The translations under genes and the position numbers were made by a program. The notes under the pieces were generated by a model, which saw nothing but the letters and a program-made list of their open reading frames with translations, was not told the DNA's origin and did not search any database. From Tetramitus jugosus (Eukaryota; Protista; Heterolobosea), in contig OW569374.1 of assembly GCA_937625935.1 (NCBI GenBank), forward strand, positions 124,001 to 188,000: 64,000 bases of DNA, read 5' to 3'. Of this stretch, positions 24,971-34,021 are shown one piece after another; position 1 is the first letter of the stretch; every line of letters begins with the position of its first letter.

Positions 24971-25162
24971 ACCCATACTTGCTTTGTGGGGGAAGTTGGT
25001 GTTTGTTTAGGATTTAAGATGTTGTGAATGGAGCAAAAATTTTATTCTAAACACTTCCAAGCATATCGTTTTAAGCCCTCACAGTTCAGAGTCACAAAGT
25101 GGCTCGTGGGATTACACTCTATTCCGAGTTGTGATCCCATTTTCTTGCCCAAACAACAGAAG
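24971..25162 (+). ncRNA. Unidentified structured RNA candidate, copy 1
   Basis: Two 3' hairpins (25089-25105; 25107-25139, loop UAUUCC) followed by TTTT, covarying with copy 2. The 5' limit is uncertain. Confidence 0.45.
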
Positions 25163-25237
25163 TGACACACTCTGAGCAAGCATTTGAAACATTGGATTCC
25201 TAGTGTGTGTTTATTACATATTTACAAGTTAAAATGT

Positions 25238-25468
25238 TCAGTGGGAAGCAGTTCGTTTTTCGAGAGTATTCTTCGAGTTGTTTCTTCCCTTCTTCTTGCT
25301 CATCACACCAGATAGAGCTGCTCTTGACAATGCAGTTTCATTGTAATTGATATTTCTTCGTGTTCTTGTTCCCTTTGCAATAATATTCTTTGGCGAGAGG
25401 GTGCTTGGTTCCTTGAGGGAGCACTTCTTAATTAAGGTTCTTCTAGAGGAGGTATTTGAGCTGGCCAT
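25238..25468 (-). CDS. Small basic protein (76 aa), unknown
   Basis: ATG in an A-rich context, aataaa shortly after the stop, K/R-rich with RTRRNINYNE. Confidence 0.4.
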   Translation of the reverse strand: MASSNTSSRRTLIKKCSLKEPSTLSPKNIIAKGTRTRRNINYNETALSRAALSGVMSKKKGRNNSKNTLEKRTASH

Positions 25469-25667
25469 TGTGTTTTTGGATTGTATTTTGTGAGTTGGGT
25501 TTTGTTGGTTGTTTGTTACTTAAGTATGTTTTTTCTTGTTAACAACAGATTCACTTGGTCGATCGACATAAATGTTCATTTTTCATTTCCAGACAATTTT
25601 TTCCTTTCCATTCTTTTGTAGATCAGGAACTTTCGCAGAGGAACTTTTTTTTGAAGCGGACACACAA

Positions 25668-25870
25668 ACCACATTGATCTGGTGGTCTTTGTCAGACTTC
25701 TTTCGTGTTTTAATCTCCAAGCGATCGAGGTACCAATAGGGTTTGAGCACCAATCCAACTCAGATAACACACCAGTTTGAAGACCTCATAGTGCACGGTG
25801 GCAAAGCCACTGGTGGATCAGAGCTCTATTCCGAGTTTCTGATCCATTTTCTTACCAATAAAACAGAAGC
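25668..25870 (+). ncRNA. Unidentified structured RNA candidate, copy 2
   Basis: Hairpins 25796-25812 and 25814-25846 with the same ctctattccgag core, followed by TTTT. Confidence 0.45.
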
Positions 25871-26615
25871 AATTAATTCAAGGCACATTTGCCTCTTCTG
25901 ATTCATGTTGCCACAACAACAGTGCAACGCTGATCTGTACAATCCATCGTATAATTGTCTTGATGGCATCCGAAGACAATGGATGTCGAGGTTCGGGAAA
26001 TCATGAAGTTATTGGAAGTTTCAAAAGAACCATACATTCATAAATTAAACTCTTTTAACACTAGTAAGTACTATTTTGTCTTCAGTAATACTCAGAGCAA
26101 CATTGAGAGGACATCCAGCAACTTAACATCAAGCTGAACGACTCACTCCTTCCAACCAGGCGAAGTCTTCTGCCGTTGCCCTGGTCAGGTTGAGCGGGCG
26201 TGAGTTTTAAATCCTTTGGGAAAGGTTTCACGGGGAATCCGCACAAAAATGATGACCAGATTAGATAGTCTATCCTTTGGTTGCTCCATTTTACTTCTGA
26301 TTCTTTACAAAAAAAAGGAAACGTCCTTCGAGAAAAAAGGAGTGATGAGTAATTTGACCTGGCAGTATGATGAAATGTATATTAACTGTGGTGCTGCGCC
26401 GGAGAACATTCTGAATCTGTTGGTGGAGTTTGAGGAAATGGTCCCCAATTGCTGTTTCTCTTTCGTTGTCGTTAATAGGTGGCGGAGAGTCGTGAGACTA
26501 TCTATATGTTTTAGCTTCTGCCTGAACTGCTCTAGGACACCGAATTAAACAGGAGCCGCTGATTGCACTGCACCCATTTGGTGGGATTTTTGCCTGTGAT
26601 GTAGAGGACTCTGCC

Positions 26616-26719
26616 TTTTTTAATACAACCATTTCGGTTGCTCCGATTTTATTTTCTGACTATTTACACTGGAAAACGCTCGAAGAGCGTTATCTCCTCC
26701 GTTACTTTTCATTTCTAGG
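26616..26719 (-). mobile_element. Degenerate ~100-bp 3'-end remnant of a related non-LTR element
   Basis: T-run + atacaac...gttgctc...tttatt and an aacgctcGAAgagcgtt hairpin, resembling the 3' end at 26741-26872. Degenerate TSD. Confidence 0.55.
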
Positions 26720-26740
26720 TGGGCCTCCGCCTTTGGCGCC

Positions 26741-27706
26741 TTTTTTTTGATACAACGAGCAGTTGCTCACTTTATTGTTTATCATTCTTTCCATTAGTTT
26801 CACTTATATTCATTGTGCCGCTCGAAGAGCGGCACTTGTATTACCTTTCAGTAACGCTCGGAGAGCGTTACTTCTGTTTGTAGTCTTTTGATTGCTGGTA
26901 AAGTGTGTGCAAAGTAACGGTGCAGCGACTCTTTACCCAACTGACAAAGCTACGTGCCTTGCGAAGGGCTAATTCTAACTTCATTCCATTCTTCACCAGT
27001 GCATCCATAACCTCATCAAGAGCTTCACTTTCAACGCCCATCATTCCCGAGAGGTACTCCAGTCCCATTACATCGGATTATGTGCATAAACCCCTTTGGG
27101 TGGTGTAAATCCTTGCTCATACATTCTGGCATTGCCTTGACAGTGAGTATCAACTCTTGATAAGTTTTTAGACCAAATCCTCTGCCAATCTCAGTTTTCA
27201 GTGCCTCGAAACTTCTGACTTCGCCCTCTTGCAACAGTTGTTGCTTCTGATAGATTCCCGCTCTACTCAGTAACCTCAATTGCAACGACTGTATGAGTCG
27301 TCAGTGATGATAATTCCTCTCTCGTGCAATCTCGAAGCACACCTCTTCATGAAGGAGTGTTTGACGCTGTTGATTCTGTGGTCCGATTGGAAGACGTTCT
27401 CCAGTTGGAACGTGTTTTGTGTCTTGATATACTCAAGTGAGTCGTACCACAGAACCCTAGCATCCTCATCTCTCTTCCCTCTCATCATAGCCTTCACAAA
27501 CAGGGCAGTGCGAATCGTCACTGCTTCAGTGAAGTTCTCAAGTCCGAAAGAACCCCACTCTGGGCCTACATAGAGTAACTCACTAGGGTATCGCTTCATT
27601 GCGACTGATCCGTTCACGAGTCTCTTTCCAATGCTCGAGACCTCATCCAGTTGTTTCATAGTCCACTTGGTGAACTCACATGCATATAGGAAGATGGATG
27701 GATGCA
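26741..27706 (-). mobile_element. 5'-truncated non-LTR retrotransposon (L1/Tx1-like ORF2 C-terminal region, frameshifted), 41 bp upstream of 5S rRNA
   Basis: A8 tail (26741-48), AATAAA, TSD tccgcctttggcg at 26726-38 and 27707-19. Translated LLYVGPEWGSFGL and RAGIYQKQQLLQEGEVRSFEALK resemble post-RT L1/Tx1 motifs. Confidence 0.85.
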
Positions 27707-27747
27707 TCCGCCTTTGGCGGCAAAAACCATGACATGCAGAAACCAAT

Positions 27748-27866
27748 GTCTACGTTCATACAATGGTGGAACCACCTCTTCCCATTTCGAATCGAGAAGT
27801 TAAGCACCATCTGGCTGAGTTAGTATTGAGATAGGAGACTACTCGAGAACCCTCAGTAATGTAGGC
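27748..27866 (+). rRNA. 5S: 5S rRNA gene (119 nt), copy 1
   Basis: Terminal helix gtctac/gtaggc, A-box-like agttaagc, gttagta loop E, TTTT terminator directly after. Confidence 0.92.
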
Positions 27867-27969
27867 TTTTAGTTTTTGTTGCGGCCAGAAGTTGTGCCAT
27901 TATCATGAAATCAACAAAAACCCATTGCGCGAAAAACAAACAAGTTCTGCTGCAACGGAACAAAACAAA

Positions 27970-28965
27970 ATGGCACCAAAACACCTGGAGAAGGGCAACT
28001 CGTTGTGCTTGTTGCCCGATGATGTTTCACTTGTGATTCTATCCTTTTTGGAGGTGAGTGACTGGAGTAACATGAGACTTGCTCAAAAGTCATGGAGCAT
28101 ATTTGAACTCACACGACATAATCTCTTGTGGGCACCAGTGTTTCAATCGATTGTCGATCGCCCTCTCTTTGAAACGATTAAATCAAGTGTTCTCTCTAGA
28201 GTTCAATCGGTTGACAACTACAGAGACAAAGTCCTAGCACTGAAACAAGTCGTGTCAGAGATTGTCGATATAAGAAAGGCAGATATTCTTACTGTGCCTC
28301 CCATTTTGAATCGTTCTTATCATAAATATCTGGGTTTTGCCGGATTAGACAAGTTCTCTGCCAAGAAGATACAAGCCACGAACTATCACCTGAACACGAT
28401 TAAGGTGAGTGTCGTAGGAGATCAATTAGTCGGAAAGACCTCTATGATTATCAGGACTGCTCAAAACTGTTTCCAACAGGTCTATCATTCATCAATGCTA
28501 GACAACTTTTGTGTCGATACGGCATGGGGTAGATGGAAAAGAACAATTACATTTTGGGATATTCCTGGATCAGACGTGTATGACCATTTGAGACCACTGG
28601 CTTATCCATCAACCGATCTTTTCCTAGTTTGCTTCTCTGTTGTAAATCCTTCGAGCTTTCAAAATGTGGCAAAAAAGTGGTTGGTGGAAATCATGCATCA
28701 CTGGCCTGACGCAATCGTGATGTTGGTGGGAACAAAAATCGATCTGAGAGATAATCTTACTCCTCTGATATCGAATACTTTGACTATCACCCCAGAAGAA
28801 GGAGAGTACATGGCTAAACATCATAATTGTATATTGTATGTTGAAACTAGTGTACTCACTGGACAGAATCTTCGTTTAGAGTTCCATTCCACTCTAGCCA
28901 GATGTGCTCTCATTGGACACTATTTGCGCAGAAAAGGGAGTTCTGATAAGTGTATCCTGTGTTAA
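27970..28965 (+). CDS. F-box + Rho/Rac-like small GTPase fusion with CAAX-like end
   Basis: F-box LPDDVSLVILSFL, P-loop GDQLVGKT, WDIPG, YDHLRPLAYP, GTKIDLR, C-terminal CILC. Confidence 0.85.
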   Translation: MAPKHLEKGNSLCLLPDDVSLVILSFLEVSDWSNMRLAQKSWSIFELTRHNLLWAPVFQSIVDRPLFETIKSSVLSRVQSVDNYRDKVLALKQVVSEIVDIRKADILTVPPILNRSYHKYLGFAGLDKFSAKKIQATNYHLNTIKVSVVGDQLVGKTSMIIRTAQNCFQQVYHSSMLDNFCVDTAWGRWKRTITFWDIPGSDVYDHLRPLAYPSTDLFLVCFSVVNPSSFQNVAKKWLVEIMHHWPDAIVMLVGTKIDLRDNLTPLISNTLTITPEEGEYMAKHHNCILYVETSVLTGQNLRLEFHSTLARCALIGHYLRRKGSSDKCILC

Positions 28966-29038
28966 TGCACATGCTCAAAAGTTCGAAGTATCACATCGAT
29001 AAAAACACTTTGAGTGGTTTATTATGTAAAAATATTAT

Positions 29039-32000
29039 CTAAATATCGATGGTACACACAGGGATAGTGGATTGGTTGGTTTGCAATCGAATGGTTACAA
29101 TTTCACTCTTTTCTTCAGGTCTCATGTAGTTGGTGAAGAATGTGCACAAGACGGTTGTTCCTCCTGTCAATGATTGCTGATGATTTGCAAAGTAGTTTGT
29201 GGTTACCTTGAATTGACCGTGAGGGGCTTTTCGGAGCATGTATTCCTCTGGGCCATATCCTTGACGGAAGTCTCTGCTCACATAGCCTCCAATCTTTGTT
29301 CTTGGATAAGCATAGTAGCAATGTTCACCTCCAGCACAATCTTCATGAACATGAAGATCAATGTCAATATCATTCACATCCCAGGCCATACTAATTCTCA
29401 AATCGAGATCCATCTTGTATCGGAAGCCATCGTGACATGGTTTAAGATCTGGGTTCTTGAGCAAGCAGTGATTCAATTCGATGGCAGCAGTTTGTTCAAT
29501 CTCGTCAAATCTCAAGTCCCATTTACCTGTAATCACCTTGTTGAACAGTTCGACAGCTTCTTCGAGCTTGCCCAACTTTTCTTTGACCAACGCAAGGTCT
29601 CGATAGCTCTGTGGCTCATCAGGATTCATTTTCTTCACCTTTTCGAACACCATTTCAGCCAGTTCATACTGTTTGGCTTGATCAAGACGATAACCCACGA
29701 TTCTGAACAATTGAGCATTTTCTAATTCTAGTTCGAGAATGTTGGTCAAGATGGCAACACCGTCATTCAAGTTCTTGAGTTTTGTGAGCCAAAAGTCAGC
29801 AACATCCAAGAAGAATGCAGGAGAGCTACCCAAGTTCTTTCTCTCCTGGAGATAGGCCTGATAAGGATTGCTTGATTTGCTTATAGTAGCCATGTATGCT
29901 GCATCCGATTTCCATTCTTGAATGTTGATGGATGCAGTCACTGCGTTGGAGGACTCTTCTTCCTCTTGTTTTTCCTTTTTCAATTCAGCTGAATTGTTCA
30001 TCTCGAGTGAACGTGCGAGGGCTGGTGAAGAGCCACCTCGAGCAGAGCTATTCTTGCATTTCTTTCGTTTCAGACCGGACGAAGAGGATTGAGACGAAAA
30101 AGATGCCAGTGGAGCAGGTGCAGCTTCACATCTTGCAGATGATGATCTATGCATGGATAAGGAGGGACTTGGAGGAGGAGCAGAAGCAGTTGTCCTCTGG
30201 TCACATTTGTCGTTTACTTGTTTCTCTGGAACCTGGAATACAGTCCGATGCCATCTCTTTCTTTCCTCCCATTTTGTCAGTACACTTTGAATTTTGTTTG
30301 CTTCTCTCTTCTTCTCATCGTCTTCTTTCTGTCGGACAAGTTTCTGGTACGATTCTCTTACTGATTTCAAGCTGGCAGGAGGTGTGATTTGATGCTTAAT
30401 ATATTGATCTAAAGTTTCCAACACAATTAAAGAGGTTGTTGGAGTGACAATAGACCATTCTCGACCCAAGTGTTTCAACTCCTTCTCAAACAAGTGGGGG
30501 AACACAGATAGGGAGTTCATCTTTTGTTTTGCCCAGAGCATTGGAATAATTCTATCTGATCTCTCTTGGGCTGTTGATGCTGTAGTAGCAGATGGTTCAA
30601 TGTCATAAACTCTTGTATCGATAATATCACCGCCATATCGGAAGGCAATTGACATTTGACCCCCTTGCTTTACCTTTCCATACAAGTGGAAGTGACCACT
30701 AGGCTCCAATATGGTTGGTTCATTTGGATACACCTCTTCAAACTCCTCTGTCTCATAATCGGCAACCAAAAAGTACAAAACTGGTTTTCCTACTTGCTCT
30801 ACAATTTGTTCAACACGAAGTTTGTTTGCGTTCAAAAGCATTCCACCACTCTTTGTTGCTACGTGGGAAAGCAATTGATGATTAGCCGACATACTCGTTG
30901 AGACAATGTACAATGGGATTGAGTAAGTCGTGTAAGGTGTTGTTTCTTGACCAATGGTGTGAATACCATCAGTAAACACAATACAGAACGAAGCGGACTC
31001 GTCCAACTCAGACTCGAGCAATGATAAATTAGTAGCGCCATCGTAATCCACCTTCTTGACATGATTTAACAATGATTGAGCGTCTCCAAAAGTTGCTCTA
31101 TTTCTCTCCTGCACTGAGTTACAGAATGGAGTAAAAACAACCTGTTTTGGCTTCAACTCCTTCATGATAGCGCTCAACAGCTCCAAATCCTTTTCAATCA
31201 TCTTTGTATTGCGACTACGGCTGTAGGAGCAATCCCAAAGAACTTGAACCTTATCAGTTTTCATTCTGCTATCACTCATTGGTTTTTCAACTTTGATACG
31301 AGCACAGAAGTAATTGTCTTCAGTAATGACACAGTTGTCTTCGAGTGTTTGACTACAACGAACAGTGAGGCTGTCCACGGACTCATCCAATTGAGAATTC
31401 TCAATAGTTGCGGTCATGTACTTGCCAGATGCCTGGCGAGGTTGATTGTCAGTAATTTTACGATCAGAGTTCAATAAAAGCTCCAATGATTCTTTGTCAC
31501 TCTCACCGTACCATTCGATATTAGCCTTAACAGTACTGTTATTTCCTGGCAATCCATACGGTATTATCACCTCTGAACAAGGTACATCTGCAACAGCAGA
31601 AGTAGAAACAGGCATCGTATACACCACTCTTATCACCTTTGGCTTTTGTGGCACCAATGGATACACACGCGTTCTAAAGCTATTGCTCTGATGAGTGGCC
31701 ATCTCTACAATAGCAACTCCCTTGCCTCTATCTCTCACCTCCTGCTCAAAAATCATCTTGGCCTTCTCTTTCTCAACGGGAACAGCATCAATTAGCTCTG
31801 TGCTTCCATCCACATTCATTGCATAAGCAATGAGAGTAGCATCGTCAGGCAGTGGAAAAACAAGCTCTCCTTCCAATGTTCTATTGTGAGGATTGACAAA
31901 AGTGAACACAGAGGTAATTTTAGCGATAGGCAAGTTGACTTGAATGTGAACATCGAGGGATTGGACGTCCAGTGGAGAGCTTGCTTGATCAGAAAAGGTG

Positions 32001-32194
32001 ATCTGAGGGAGATTGTTCCTTTGATTCTTGACATCCTTGTCTTCGTTTGAAGTTGGTTGTCGTTTTTCTTGGACATCTGTTGTAGCCGCTGTAGTTGGGC
32101 ATAGTGGTTCATTATCTTTGTTGGTTTGGACTTGAAAATCGGAAACATCCTTGGAGGCGTCCGTGGCTCTCAATCGACTGAATGCAGAAAACAT
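29039..32194 (-). CDS. VIT + vWA-like + TPR + DUF2135(YfaP)-like protein
   Basis: VIT FVNPHNRTLEGELVFPLPDDA, WDCSYS, TPR PDEPQSYRDLA, and DIDLHV...SRDFRQGYGPEEY. Confidence 0.85.
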   Translation of the reverse strand: MFSAFSRLRATDASKDVSDFQVQTNKDNEPLCPTTAATTDVQEKRQPTSNEDKDVKNQRNNLPQITFSDQASSPLDVQSLDVHIQVNLPIAKITSVFTFVNPHNRTLEGELVFPLPDDATLIAYAMNVDGSTELIDAVPVEKEKAKMIFEQEVRDRGKGVAIVEMATHQSNSFRTRVYPLVPQKPKVIRVVYTMPVSTSAVADVPCSEVIIPYGLPGNNSTVKANIEWYGESDKESLELLLNSDRKITDNQPRQASGKYMTATIENSQLDESVDSLTVRCSQTLEDNCVITEDNYFCARIKVEKPMSDSRMKTDKVQVLWDCSYSRSRNTKMIEKDLELLSAIMKELKPKQVVFTPFCNSVQERNRATFGDAQSLLNHVKKVDYDGATNLSLLESELDESASFCIVFTDGIHTIGQETTPYTTYSIPLYIVSTSMSANHQLLSHVATKSGGMLLNANKLRVEQIVEQVGKPVLYFLVADYETEEFEEVYPNEPTILEPSGHFHLYGKVKQGGQMSIAFRYGGDIIDTRVYDIEPSATTASTAQERSDRIIPMLWAKQKMNSLSVFPHLFEKELKHLGREWSIVTPTTSLIVLETLDQYIKHQITPPASLKSVRESYQKLVRQKEDDEKKREANKIQSVLTKWEERKRWHRTVFQVPEKQVNDKCDQRTTASAPPPSPSLSMHRSSSARCEAAPAPLASFSSQSSSSGLKRKKCKNSSARGGSSPALARSLEMNNSAELKKEKQEEEESSNAVTASINIQEWKSDAAYMATISKSSNPYQAYLQERKNLGSSPAFFLDVADFWLTKLKNLNDGVAILTNILELELENAQLFRIVGYRLDQAKQYELAEMVFEKVKKMNPDEPQSYRDLALVKEKLGKLEEAVELFNKVITGKWDLRFDEIEQTAAIELNHCLLKNPDLKPCHDGFRYKMDLDLRISMAWDVNDIDIDLHVHEDCAGGEHCYYAYPRTKIGGYVSRDFRQGYGPEEYMLRKAPHGQFKVTTNYFANHQQSLTGGTTVLCTFFTNYMRPEEKSEIVTIRLQTNQSTIPVCTIDI

Positions 32195-32354
32195 GATTCG
32201 TAGTTGTGGTTGTGTTAATGGTACAGTTGTTTTGTTTGTGCTTGAGTGAAAATCAGAATGACGAGTTGAACTCGCGGCTGAAAAAGCTCCACTCGGGCTC
32301 CTTGGAACTCTTGCGGAGATTTGTTGTTCTTCACCTCAAATGTCACTCTGGCGC

Positions 32355-33674
32355 TTATTTGTTAACAACAATCACCACATCACCTAAAATTGAGCATGAC
32401 ACTAAGCGTTTCAGGTTGGATACGAAGAAATTCAAGCTCGTTTTTGATGATGCGGATCTCAGCAACACCATGTTAATGAAGTACCCAGAGGCGTAGCTAG
32501 CCACTTGATAGTGAGGATCATCCAACAGTTGACAGTATTCCGGGCTTGTCTTTTGTTCTTCAAGTTTTAGCAAAGACGTATTGTGATCATTGAGGTGAAG
32601 GTCGAACAAGCGCCCAGTACTTGTATCTACAACATGAAAGGTTTTCGCTCGTCCAGTGACCATAGGATGCGCTATTGTTGATGCATCAATGCTCCAAAGT
32701 GTTTGATCAGTGGCGTAAAGACTTGAAGAAGTAAAGACACGCTTCATTGAGTCCACAAAAACAGCATCATACCACGAGCATGAAAAGTCTTTGATTATTG
32801 CAGTTCCAAGACGACTCAGATCTAGCCTTATAAAACCTTTGCTAGCAAGAGCACTATGTGGAACGAGCTCATGGATATCGCCAGCTAAGTATATATCCCC
32901 CTGGCATAATACAACCATAAATTTGCTTCCACCCTTAACCTTTGTCAGGCGACCGAAATTGAATGGTTGTCGTGAGTTACTCAATGTATCAATGAAATGT
33001 GTTTCGGTTGCACTGGGGACATAAACAATGCCCCTGACTCCCAATTGACCATGCCTGTTTGATCCGACGGAATACACTTGATCTCCGTGTATTGGGTCGT
33101 ATTGAAACAAAAGATGTTCATTTCCGACTCCGAAAATGGAAACGGACCACCGGTGCCTTGACCTGAGAACAGGTTCGTTCGAACTATAGTTTGATCCAAA
33201 ACGCCCTACAGTGTACAACTCACCGTCTGTCGTAACAAATGCAGAGAACCACCCAGCGCAGGCAATATCTCGGATGCGAATGTTGCGTTCCACAAACCAG
33301 AGCATCAATGTCGGTACAGACACATTTTCTCTATGTAGTGCATGATTCTGATCATAGCACAACAATTGACCAGATGAATTAGGGCCTACACCATAAACAA
33401 AGCCATCTTCTGTCAAAAACAAGCAATGAATACTACCAATCTCAATCTTCTTTAACTGAACATTGGACAGTTTCTTGTCCAATGTATAGGGTATCTGGAG
33501 CTTCGAAAATCCAGGACAATGCTCTTCAATGTCATCCATTGTCATTGATATTGGACCAGGCGATAGCATCACTCCCAAGACTTGTTCTGCTTGCTGAGTG
33601 TTCGCTTGTGCATCCCACAGTTCTTGGCTGTCCAAATGTTGACCACTCACCAATAAAATATTATCTTGATCCAT
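32355..33674 (-). CDS. RCC1-repeat protein
   Basis: [25 protein letters not shown] and [13 protein letters not shown] repeats. Confidence 0.8.
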   Translation of the reverse strand: MDQDNILLVSGQHLDSQELWDAQANTQQAEQVLGVMLSPGPISMTMDDIEEHCPGFSKLQIPYTLDKKLSNVQLKKIEIGSIHCLFLTEDGFVYGVGPNSSGQLLCYDQNHALHRENVSVPTLMLWFVERNIRIRDIACAGWFSAFVTTDGELYTVGRFGSNYSSNEPVLRSRHRWSVSIFGVGNEHLLFQYDPIHGDQVYSVGSNRHGQLGVRGIVYVPSATETHFIDTLSNSRQPFNFGRLTKVKGGSKFMVVLCQGDIYLAGDIHELVPHSALASKGFIRLDLSRLGTAIIKDFSCSWYDAVFVDSMKRVFTSSSLYATDQTLWSIDASTIAHPMVTGRAKTFHVVDTSTGRLFDLHLNDHNTSLLKLEEQKTSPEYCQLLDDPHYQVASYASGYFINMVLLRSASSKTSLNFFVSNLKRLVSCSILGDVVIVVNK

Positions 33675-33771
33675 TTCTGAGCAGATTTTTCTTTTGTTGG
33701 TTGTTTTCTGGAAGTGCTCCGACTCAAATCTGATAGTTAGATATCTATTACTCCCAGATAAAATTGATAAC

Positions 33772-33897
33772 TCGGAGAGACAACAAAAATTTGGTCAACA
33801 CATGTCTCAGCTCATGAAGTTGGCTGAAGAGTTCAATGTGGCAGTGTTTATTACCAATCAAGTTCAAGCGGATCCTAGCGGTGGTAGCATGTTTGCT
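33772..33897 (+). pseudogene. DMC1: Isolated ~42-codon fragment of meiotic recombinase DMC1
   Basis: [42 protein letters not shown] matches the DMC1-type ERQQKL...[12 protein letters not shown]..DP segment. No other exons nearby. Confidence 0.75.
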
Positions 33898-34021
33898 CTG
33901 ATGATGGTTTCATTGAAGCTAAGGAATAGCGTTGTTTTTCGGTAACAAGCCAATACAGACAAACAATCAATTTATTCAAATTAAAACTTGGATTTGGGCG
34001 CGAGGCCAAGGGCGCGAACTT

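Noticed and set aside
25040-25850. Twister/hammerhead ribozyme, SECIS, U1/U2/U3 or RNase MRP identity for the duplicated structure
   Set aside because: Only partial word matches (taacac, aagccc, ATGA..AAA, atactt). The required pseudoknots, spacings, Sm site and boxes are not present in both copies.
25900-26600. ORF 26216-26548 and neighbouring coding-like sequence
   Set aside because: No ATG start and no recognisable motif; may be a decayed gene but this cannot be supported.
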